Source: an uncultured virus (IMG/VR IMGVR_UViG_3300032304_000649) (Duplodnaviria > Heunggongvirae > Uroviricota > Caudoviricetes). Taken from it: a stretch of DNA of 20,000 bases. The stretch is from the IMG/VR virus record IMGVR_UViG_3300032304_000649. The stretch is one strand, 5' to 3'. Below the pieces are notes generated by a model. The model saw only the letters and a list, made by a program, of their open reading frames with translations, had not been told where the DNA came from and ran no database searches. The number at the start of each line of letters is the position of its first letter. Position 1 is the stretch's first letter. This document shows positions 7,498 through 15,446 of the stretch, piece after piece. A program made the position numbers and the translations under genes.

Positions 7498-9632
7498 TGG
7501 CCGGAGAAAACAATTTACCAGAACAGTATAATCTGGTCTACACGCTTGCCGTTCAACCCGGCATAAAACGAGACGGCACAATATTTGAGTCACGTGAGTT
7601 TAGTGACGGAGAATGGTGCCGTTTTCAACGAGGCACGCCTAGAAAAATGGGTGGCTACCGTGAGCTGTTTGCCACGTTTACGGGCATCCCGCGCGGCATG
7701 ATTGCCAACTCGTTTAACGGCGTTAACTACGTATTTGTTGGTAATGAGTATGGTTTAGAAGTATTTACAACAGGCACTACGTTTGGTGTTGGCAGTGGTC
7801 CGCTTACTGTAAATATTTTACCTGGCTATTCACCATTTACCTTGGTGTCAAACACTACTAGCCAGTTTGTTGTGGCAACCGATGTCACCGCTGCATTTCC
7901 TGCTAATATGACGGTAATATTTGATGATGATATAACTACCGCAACCACAGTTATTAGTTCGTCGTATTCGTCACCAAACACAACGGTAATTGTAACAACA
8001 TCCAGTATTGCAGGAACGCCGACAACGGTGTCGTTGTATGACGTAACGTTTACGCCGGATCCAAATTTGTTGTGGCAGTTTGATTTGCAGTATTCACCTG
8101 CCGGCGGATCGTTGCAAGTATTGGCACACCCAGGCCGTAACTTGGCTAACATTGACAACGCCATACAGACACAGGTCTTAACTGGCGGATTGTTACCGGA
8201 CTCACTAAACGAGTGGAATTTTTATGGTTTGGCTGATACTGGTGGGCAGAACCCAACATATCGCCCAATTGAAGTAGACGGTGGCGTCTGTGTACTGTAC
8301 CCCTACACGTTTGTGTACGGCTCGGACGGATTTATTGCTAACAATCATGTTGATACAAACACAACGCTAACTTTATATAACCAGCAAACAATTACCGACT
8401 GGAACGGCCCAACATCTAACCAGGTTAACATGGCCTCGTCTAAAGTTGTTAAAGGCATACCAGTACGTGGTGGTACTAACTCACCATCTGGATTGTTCTG
8501 GGCAACCGATAGTTTAATTCGTGTCTCGTTTACCGGCACGACTCCGCTGTACTGGCGCTATGACATTATTTCTAGCCAGATCTCGACCATATCATCTTCT
8601 TGCTTTGTTGAAATGGATGGTATATTTTACTGGATGGGTGTCGACCGTTTCTACCTATACAATGGTGCGGTCTCTGTATTGCCAAATGATAAAAACGTAA
8701 ACTGGCTATTTGATAACCTCAATTTTGTACAGCGCCAAAAGGTATGGGCAACCAAAGTACCTCGGTATAATGAGATCTGGTTCTTTTATCCCCGCGGCGA
8801 TGCCACAGAGTGCACCGACGCAATTGTGTACAATGTCAAAGATAAGATCTGGTACGACGCTGGAAGCGCGCCAGGATCACGTAGATCGTGTGGGTACACC
8901 ACAGAGGTGTTCCCAACACCAATCTGGGCTGGTTGGGAAGATTTAAATACGTTTAGTGTTCCGTTTGAGGTAATTGACGAGCCACCCAGCGAGTCTCCAC
9001 CCAATAATAACCAGGTGTATATTAACGGTGACGTGACGGCTACATTTGGCGCTGGCGACTATATCTCGCTGACAAACACTGGCAGCCCCGTTGTTTATAA
9101 AATTGTTACCAGCGTGTTTATGTTTACGTCTGCCATAACGGCGACTAACCCAGAGGGTGTGACATTAATTACTGTAGATATAAACTTCGATCCCATTCAA
9201 GTAGCAGGTGATTATATCTATTATATTGAAGGTGGATACCCACTTTGGCAGCATGAGTTTGGCACAAACGCCATCACGTTTAACCAAGAATTTGCAATTA
9301 CGTCTAGCATTACAACTTGTGACATTAGCTGGGTTGGTGGAATACCATCACAAGACAGCGCTACTGGTATCAATCGACGCATGCACCTAAGACGTATTGA
9401 GCCAGACTTTGTACAGTCCGGCACAATGGCTATGACCATCTTAGGCCGTAAATTTGCCCGTGGAGATACAGAGACTTCAGGGCCATTTTACTTTGACCCG
9501 GACACAGGTAAAATTGACTTGCGCGTGGAGCATCGCGAGGTTAGGCTTAAGTTTGAGTCCAACGTACTCGACGGTAACTTTGAGATGGGCCGCCTGCTTA
9601 TTACGGCAGAGTACGGCGACGAGCGTCCGTGA
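7497..9632 (+). CDS. Tail nozzle / stabilisation protein (P22 gp10 / T7 gp12-like beta-propeller)
   Basis: 711 aa, beta-rich: PGIKRDGT...W.RF.RG.P.KMGG N-terminus, FYWMG.DRFYLYNG.V..LP, NEIWFFYP, YN....WY, and RRIEPDF...R.R...LKFES C-terminus. Size and position between adaptor and ejection genes fit. Confidence 0.65.
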   Translation: MAGENNLPEQYNLVYTLAVQPGIKRDGTIFESREFSDGEWCRFQRGTPRKMGGYRELFATFTGIPRGMIANSFNGVNYVFVGNEYGLEVFTTGTTFGVGSGPLTVNILPGYSPFTLVSNTTSQFVVATDVTAAFPANMTVIFDDDITTATTVISSSYSSPNTTVIVTTSSIAGTPTTVSLYDVTFTPDPNLLWQFDLQYSPAGGSLQVLAHPGRNLANIDNAIQTQVLTGGLLPDSLNEWNFYGLADTGGQNPTYRPIEVDGGVCVLYPYTFVYGSDGFIANNHVDTNTTLTLYNQQTITDWNGPTSNQVNMASSKVVKGIPVRGGTNSPSGLFWATDSLIRVSFTGTTPLYWRYDIISSQISTISSSCFVEMDGIFYWMGVDRFYLYNGAVSVLPNDKNVNWLFDNLNFVQRQKVWATKVPRYNEIWFFYPRGDATECTDAIVYNVKDKIWYDAGSAPGSRRSCGYTTEVFPTPIWAGWEDLNTFSVPFEVIDEPPSESPPNNNQVYINGDVTATFGAGDYISLTNTGSPVVYKIVTSVFMFTSAITATNPEGVTLITVDINFDPIQVAGDYIYYIEGGYPLWQHEFGTNAITFNQEFAITSSITTCDISWVGGIPSQDSATGINRRMHLRRIEPDFVQSGTMAMTILGRKFARGDTETSGPFYFDPDTGKIDLRVEHREVRLKFESNVLDGNFEMGRLLITAEYGDERP

Positions 9633-9880
9633 GTATCCAAACATTCTTTCCAATCAACCCAGAGTATATGTCCTGGGATGATTGGAACGGTAACTTCCTA
9701 CATTACTTTAGCGAAGAACCAATTATGTATGACACCGAGGATAATTGGAAACAGGTCGCTAAAAACATAAGCCAGCTAACCACGTTCGAGAGCTACCCGG
9801 TCCCAGACCCAGAGGCATTTGAAACTTGGCAAGACTGGGCCTCAGCCCTTAGCTTTATTTTAAACGGCCCAACCACTTAA
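9629..9880 (+). CDS. Small Trp-rich acidic hypothetical protein (83 aa)
   Basis: GTG start overlapping the upstream TGA (GTGA); WDDW, W and WQDW motifs. Confidence 0.7.
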   Translation: MSIQTFFPINPEYMSWDDWNGNFLHYFSEEPIMYDTEDNWKQVAKNISQLTTFESYPVPDPEAFETWQDWASALSFILNGPTT

Positions 9881-9884
9881 TTTA

Positions 9885-9923
9885 GGGCGATAAATGCAAT
9901 ATTTTTGCATTAGTATATGTAAG
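9885..9923 (+). promoter_or_regulatory. Repeated regulatory motif, copy 2 (candidate phage late promoter)
   Basis: GGGCG-N10-TATTTTTGCATTAGTATATGTAAG in the only sizeable intergenic gap between 2504 and 17335; matches 2422-2460. Confidence 0.7.
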
Positions 9924-9950
9924 AATCATATCTTTTAAACAGGAACAGCT

Positions 9951-10418
9951 ATGACTCAAATGGTCGACAGCAAACAACAAGAACTAGGTACAGACATGAT
10001 CGTACAGATCGCGGCTGAAAATACCCGTTCGCCTTACCCATTTAAGAAAGTCTTTTTACTGTTCGTATCTGAACTAGGTTTACCTAACGCCAGATTGTAT
10101 AAGTTTGGCAATACTGTTTTTGTAATTCACCCTTCCGAAAAACGCCAAGAGTTTGGTATCTTCCGTGCCCTTAATGCCGACACTGCTGAAAATTTTGTAC
10201 AAAACAGCAAGATGTTTATAGACAAAGCAATTGAAGATGGCTTTACTGGATTGCAAACTACCTTCTCTGATCCGTCGCTCTTAAATATTTTTAAGTATAT
10301 TGCCCGCGAAGAACAAGAACTAGGAAACCCAAATATGGGTTACACTGTACAAAAATCAACAGACAACAAACAAATTCGAGTAACTCTTGTATTGCAAGGT
10401 GAAAGGATGGGTGCGTAA
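9951..10418 (+). CDS. Hypothetical alpha/beta protein (155 aa), possibly a GNAT-like fold as in T7 gp13-type genes
   Basis: Clean ORF with an AGGA RBS. The size and slot between nozzle and ejection genes are where GNAT-like proteins often sit; the fold call is positional inference only. Confidence 0.5.
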   Translation: MTQMVDSKQQELGTDMIVQIAAENTRSPYPFKKVFLLFVSELGLPNARLYKFGNTVFVIHPSEKRQEFGIFRALNADTAENFVQNSKMFIDKAIEDGFTGLQTTFSDPSLLNIFKYIAREEQELGNPNMGYTVQKSTDNKQIRVTLVLQGERMGA

Positions 10419-12433
10419 TGGCCGTCGTTGTTGAAGTTGTATCAGACGCATTTGAAGCGGTTGGTGACGCGGTTGGTGCCGTCGGTGATGCTATTGCAGA
10501 TGCAGCGCAAGTTGTTGGTGACTTTGTTGCAGATACAGCACAAGCCGTTGGTAAAACAGTAGAAGCAATTGCTAATGATCCAGCTAAAGCATTACCGCTT
10601 ATTGCCGTTGCTATTGCTGCACCATATGTAGCTCCATATCTATGGGCCGGCGCGTCTACAGCTTCAGCAGCCATGGTATTAAATACTGGTTTAGCTTTAG
10701 CACAAGGTGCTGATCCATTACAAATAGCACAAAACATTGGTACCAGCATTATAACTCAAGGCATTACATCCAGTTTACCGGTTGATCTTAGCACTGGATA
10801 TAATTTTGCTGATCAAGCAATTGTTAATACTGCAGCCGCTGCAGCGCAAGGAAGAGATCCTGCTCAAGCATTAGGTTCTATGATTGGTGGTGCTATTGTT
10901 AGAGGCGGTGTTAATGAAGTAGCTGGTGGTGTTAGGGATTTTGCTGGATTAGATGATAGCACTGCTCCTGTAATTGACAGAAGTGAATCCTATACACCAC
11001 CAACACAAACAGCAGAAACAAACTTACCTTCTGATGACGTAACAATGTCTCAGACATTTAGAGACGCTATTCAAAACGGTTTTTCACCAGAAGAATCATA
11101 CGCAATTGCTAAGGGCCAAATAGACGCAGAACAATCTGGCCCATCGCCCTACGCTAAAACAGCCAGTACAATAACTAGTGATCAACCACAAGCATCTGTT
11201 ACTGTAACTGGTGCGGATGATGTGCAGGGTGAAGGCATATCTTTACCTGCCCCTAGCAAGGAAGAACTTGACCAAGATTTAGCTGACGGTAAAATTACTC
11301 AAGAAGAATATGACCGCATGGCGCCAACTGCTACCGAAGCAAAATCTACATTAGATTATGTTGACCCATATAAAGAAGAATCACCGATAGATGCTACCGG
11401 TGAAGATTTTGATATGAGTGCGCCTGTTCCAGAACCAAAAGAAATTGTTTCTGATGGGTTGGAAAATCAAAAACCTGACACACGTGGTAATCTAATATAT
11501 ACCTACGATGACGGATCCACATTAACATTATCTCCAGACGGTGAAGTTATTGATGTTACTGAAGCAACTGATGTTGGTGGTTTAGGTAGCTTAGATGGCA
11601 CCGGTGAAGATTTTGACATGGGTGGTCCCGGAGGCACTGGCGAAGATTTTGACATGGGTGGTGAGTACCAAGAAGAAGAATACACAGAAACACCAGATGA
11701 AAAATCGGGTTCTGGTTTCTCAGTAAAATTTGGTAAACCACGTTCATCAAGAGCAGCAACCATTCGCAGAGGCATGATTGCTAAACCAACAAGACCAACA
11801 CCCGGCGCAAATGAAAGTGCTGCCGATCCTGGCTTATTGTTAAACTCACAATATGGTTCACAACTAACATCTAACGTATTAGGTGGTAATCCTGAATATA
11901 GTTTAATTGGTTCTATAGCGGAAGAAGAGCCACAGGGTATGGCTGGTGGCGGTAGTGCTACGCAAGGTGTTTATGATTTAAGTTATACTGCTTCTTCACC
12001 GTTTTTAAGCAGCGGTTCAGACATTATGGCGTTAAAGCCGGGCTTAATTAAACCAAAAGTAAACTATGAACTGCCAGGCTACCCCTATGGTAAAGAATGG
12101 AAAGCTGCTAAGGAAGGCGGCCCAATTGGACATAATCCTGAGTTCTTTAGTGAAGGCGGTTTAAATTCATTAAAGAACAGTTACGTAAAAGGTAAAGGCG
12201 ATGGTACTAGCGATAGTATCCCAGCCATGTTGGCAAACGGTGAGTTTGTAATTCCTGCAGATGTTGTATCATCATTAGGTAATGGTAGTAATGATAGTGG
12301 TGCAGAAATATTAAGCGAATTCTTAAAAACAATTCGTGAACATAAACGTAGAGCAGACTCAAGAAAATTACCGCCGGATAGTAAAGGCGCGTTGGGATAC
12401 CTAACGGAAGCGAAAAAGAAGGTGAAAAAATAA
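10418..12433 (+). CDS. Putative ejection / internal virion protein (671 aa, acidic, N-terminal membrane-type segment)
   Basis: Ala/Val/Gly-rich amphipathic N-terminus with hydrophobic LPLIAVAIAAPYVAPYLWAG; long acidic disordered middle with three TGEDFDM copies; C-terminal GKGDGTSDSIPAMLANGEFVIPADVV domain. Confidence 0.65.
   Translation: MAVVVEVVSDAFEAVGDAVGAVGDAIADAAQVVGDFVADTAQAVGKTVEAIANDPAKALPLIAVAIAAPYVAPYLWAGASTASAAMVLNTGLALAQGADPLQIAQNIGTSIITQGITSSLPVDLSTGYNFADQAIVNTAAAAAQGRDPAQALGSMIGGAIVRGGVNEVAGGVRDFAGLDDSTAPVIDRSESYTPPTQTAETNLPSDDVTMSQTFRDAIQNGFSPEESYAIAKGQIDAEQSGPSPYAKTASTITSDQPQASVTVTGADDVQGEGISLPAPSKEELDQDLADGKITQEEYDRMAPTATEAKSTLDYVDPYKEESPIDATGEDFDMSAPVPEPKEIVSDGLENQKPDTRGNLIYTYDDGSTLTLSPDGEVIDVTEATDVGGLGSLDGTGEDFDMGGPGGTGEDFDMGGEYQEEEYTETPDEKSGSGFSVKFGKPRSSRAATIRRGMIAKPTRPTPGANESAADPGLLLNSQYGSQLTSNVLGGNPEYSLIGSIAEEEPQGMAGGGSATQGVYDLSYTASSPFLSSGSDIMALKPGLIKPKVNYELPGYPYGKEWKAAKEGGPIGHNPEFFSEGGLNSLKNSYVKGKGDGTSDSIPAMLANGEFVIPADVVSSLGNGSNDSGAEILSEFLKTIREHKRRADSRKLPPDSKGALGYLTEAKKKVKK
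11396..11662 (+). repeat. Coding repeat (G)TGEDFDM(GG), three copies
   Basis: Copies at 11396-11416, 11600-11620 and 11636-11656; consensus ACYGGNGAAGATTTTGAYATG. Confidence 0.95.
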
Positions 12434-13500
12434 TGGCTGGCTTATCTAATTTTATATCAAACGAGGCGGTCCAATCCACCTCGATGCCATCGTGGTTTGA
12501 TACCGCGCAACAAAACGTTGTTAACCAAGCCACCACTGCGGCTGGCGGCGTTCCTAGTTTACAAAACACTGTAGCTGGTCAAGCCATTAATCAACTTAGC
12601 GGACCACAAAACCCATTTACTCAAGCTCAAGGTACATTAAACCAAATCTCTTCTGGTGCGGCTAATCCTTGGCTTGTCAGCGATACCGGTCAAGTAACTC
12701 CGAACGTAGCTACCCCCATGGGTGGTTTATTCCAGGCACAAAACCAAGCATTACAACAACTTATGCCTGAGTATACTGCTCCTGTCCAAGGCGGGAATAT
12801 TGCTTCTGGTAACTTTGGTAGTTTGCGTGGCCAAACTGCAGTTAACAAAGCAATGGCTGATGCACAGTCTAAGTTGTTTGCCGACCAAATGAACGCAGCA
12901 CTACAAGCCCAGGGCGTTGGCGCACAAGCAGCGGGCGCGTTGGGTCAAGTAGGAAGCCAAGGTGTTCAGTCTATGACATCATTAGGACAGGCTCAACAGT
13001 CTGATCCGTTCTTTGCCTCATCCGCTCTTGGTAAAATCCTTGGCGGTATGCAGATCCCAACCACAACCAAAAACGTTACTAACCTATCACCGCTTAACCA
13101 GATTGGTTCTATTGTTTCTGCTCTTGGTGGTTCTATTAGTGGTACTGATAAGTTACTCAAAGAGCTATTCCCTGCGGTAGGAAAACCTGGAGAACCCGGC
13201 TACAAACCTGCTGGTGGTTTAACAGAGTTCTTTAAACGTGCTGGAATTAACATTGGCGGCACCGGTGGCGGCGGTGGCGTAATTGGCGGCGGGGGCACTG
13301 GAGAAGATTTTGATATGGGTGGCGGCGGTGGTGGCGGTGGTGGCGGCACTGGAGAAGATTTTGATATGGGCGGCGGCGGTGGCGGCACCGGAGAAGATTT
13401 TGATATGGGTGGCGGTGGCGGCGGATCTGATTTTGATTGGAATACCTACGAGCCATCAAACCCATACGAAGGTTATGACATAGGCGACTACGAGATCTAA
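12433..13500 (+). CDS. Putative ejection / DNA transfer protein (Gln/Ala/Gly-rich, P22 gp7-like position)
   Basis: 355 aa, Q/A/G-rich with GNFGSLRG; poly-Gly tail with three TGEDFDM copies; translationally coupled (TAATG). Confidence 0.6.
   Translation: MAGLSNFISNEAVQSTSMPSWFDTAQQNVVNQATTAAGGVPSLQNTVAGQAINQLSGPQNPFTQAQGTLNQISSGAANPWLVSDTGQVTPNVATPMGGLFQAQNQALQQLMPEYTAPVQGGNIASGNFGSLRGQTAVNKAMADAQSKLFADQMNAALQAQGVGAQAAGALGQVGSQGVQSMTSLGQAQQSDPFFASSALGKILGGMQIPTTTKNVTNLSPLNQIGSIVSALGGSISGTDKLLKELFPAVGKPGEPGYKPAGGLTEFFKRAGINIGGTGGGGGVIGGGGTGEDFDMGGGGGGGGGGTGEDFDMGGGGGGTGEDFDMGGGGGGSDFDWNTYEPSNPYEGYDIGDYEI
13255..13440 (+). repeat. Poly-Gly (GGY)n tract with three TGEDFDM copies and one degenerate GSDFDW
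   Basis: Copies at 13297-13317, 13348-13368 and 13387-13407, separated by Gly runs of 10 and 6 codons. Confidence 0.95.
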
Positions 13501-13502
13501 TT

Positions 13503-15446
13503 ATGGCAGATATTACACCTGGACTTAATACTTTAGAAGACGACGAGAAACAAACTGGTGCTGGTGCTGCTGTAAAAGCCACCGGCAAAGGTTTGTCACC
13601 TGTTGGCACCATTGCTATGGACCCAACTCAAACTGCTGAGTTATTAGCCAATATGCAAGGTATGGTTGACCAACGCACTGGTGCGTTTAATACATTTATG
13701 AGTGGGCTACAGCGCGCATCTGCCTGGGGATCTGGTGGCGAAAAAGGCCCAGCGGCCGCATTGGCTCAACTAGACCAACAAAAATTAGCAGAAGATCGTG
13801 AACTGTTTAACATGCGCCAACAAATGGCTGCATTACGTTCATCTGCTGCACAACAAAAAGCCTTTAACGAGCGTAAACAAGCTGAGTTAACTGGCGGTGC
13901 TCCAACCGGCGGCGCCGGTGGTACTGGCGCTCCTGGTGGTGCTAGTATGCGCCAGTCTGTATTTGATCAAATGCCTGCAGAAATTAAAAGAGCATTAAGC
14001 AACGCAAGAACACAAGAAGAGTGGAACAGCATTTACAATCCGTACGCTCAAAAAATAGCGCAAATACAAGCACAGTTTAGATACAACCCAGCTACTTACG
14101 AAAACAAAATTAAATTTGTTGATCCAAGAACTGGAAAACTTGATTACATTGACGCTGAAACTGCTAAACGTTATAAAGAAATGGGTTACGGCGACAATGT
14201 TATTATGCCAACACCACAAGCTGCGCCCAGACCAACTGGCGGAATATCTCCAGAAGCAATTGAAAAAGTTGAAAGCGGCGGTAAACCCGGGTTAGTAAGT
14301 CCTAAAGGGGCGGAAGGTGTAATGCAAGTTATGCCAATGACGCAAGTAGATCCTGGATTTGGCGTAACACCAGCTAAAGATAAATCTCCCGAAGAACTTA
14401 AACGTGTTGGCCGTGATTATTATGCTGCAATGCAAAGAAAATACGGCGATGATAATTTAGCCGCAATTGCTTACAACATGGGTCCAGGTAAAACTGATGC
14501 TTGGTTGGCAAAAGGTGGGGAATTTAACCAGTTACCAAAAGAAACACAAGAGTATATTGGTAGAGTTAATTTAGCAAACGCTAAACTAAATCGTGCCCCC
14601 GCCCAAGTTGCAGTTCCACAAACTCAAGCTGGTACGCGGGAACGCGTTACTATACCAGAGGCTGAAACAAAACAAGCTGGTGCAAAAGCTAGAGCTGAAG
14701 CTGCGGGCACTGCTTCCGGTAAATATATTGGTGGTGCAGAAGCAACTGTTCGTGAAGCAGGAAACACTTCTAAAGACCGTTTATCTTCTTTAGAATATTT
14801 AGATGGTTTAATTACTAACCCTAAAACAAGCAGAGTATTTGGTGTTTTTGAACACCCTGATTTTGCTTCTGCAATTGGTAAAATAGTAGACAACGGAATA
14901 AAACTGGGTCGTCTGGGCGATGTTGGTGTTGATTTAGCACCAATTGTTCGTAGTGTAATGCAAGGCGCATCCCAAGAAGAAAATGACGCAGTACAAAAAG
15001 CCACTAGAGAATTTGCAAAGATTAAACTTAATGAGGCTAAGATTTTATTGGCTGGTCAAGGTGCAGTGTCTGACGCTGAACGTGGTCTAATACAAGAACT
15101 TTCTGGTAGTGTAAAGAATTCTCCCGGTGCTTTAAAAGATTATCTTGCCTGGGGTAAAATGCGTGCTGAATATGATTACAATGTTGGTGAAGCATATAAA
15201 ATTTATAGAAGGCAAAACAAAGGCACCACATTTGAAGACTTTTTAGATTCTGGAACTGCAGATGATATAAGAGATGCCTACGACCAAAAATTAGCAGATT
15301 TTGCTAAAAAAACTGGCATAGATATGAATAAGCCTCGTACAGAGTCAAGCCCAAGCCAAAAACCTGCTGCTTCTTCTTTTACGTATAAAGATCCAGATAA
15401 AGAAAAAAGATATCAATTGTACTTACAACAAAAAGGTACTAAATAA
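13503..15446 (+). CDS. Ejection / internal virion protein with a soluble lytic transglycosylase (SLT, GH23-like) domain
   Basis: IEKVESGG (catalytic Glu), SPKGAEGVMQVMP, AAIAYNMGPG and LPKETQEYI at about 14255-14570, within a 647 aa helical protein. Confidence 0.85.
   Translation: MADITPGLNTLEDDEKQTGAGAAVKATGKGLSPVGTIAMDPTQTAELLANMQGMVDQRTGAFNTFMSGLQRASAWGSGGEKGPAAALAQLDQQKLAEDRELFNMRQQMAALRSSAAQQKAFNERKQAELTGGAPTGGAGGTGAPGGASMRQSVFDQMPAEIKRALSNARTQEEWNSIYNPYAQKIAQIQAQFRYNPATYENKIKFVDPRTGKLDYIDAETAKRYKEMGYGDNVIMPTPQAAPRPTGGISPEAIEKVESGGKPGLVSPKGAEGVMQVMPMTQVDPGFGVTPAKDKSPEELKRVGRDYYAAMQRKYGDDNLAAIAYNMGPGKTDAWLAKGGEFNQLPKETQEYIGRVNLANAKLNRAPAQVAVPQTQAGTRERVTIPEAETKQAGAKARAEAAGTASGKYIGGAEATVREAGNTSKDRLSSLEYLDGLITNPKTSRVFGVFEHPDFASAIGKIVDNGIKLGRLGDVGVDLAPIVRSVMQGASQEENDAVQKATREFAKIKLNEAKILLAGQGAVSDAERGLIQELSGSVKNSPGALKDYLAWGKMRAEYDYNVGEAYKIYRRQNKGTTFEDFLDSGTADDIRDAYDQKLADFAKKTGIDMNKPRTESSPSQKPAASSFTYKDPDKEKRYQLYLQQKGTK

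Noticed and set aside
13285..13425. CRISPR-like or DGR-like reading of the 27-bp repeats
   Set aside because: The spacers are in-frame Gly codons, variation is at synonymous positions rather than adenine-specific, and no cas or reverse transcriptase gene is present.
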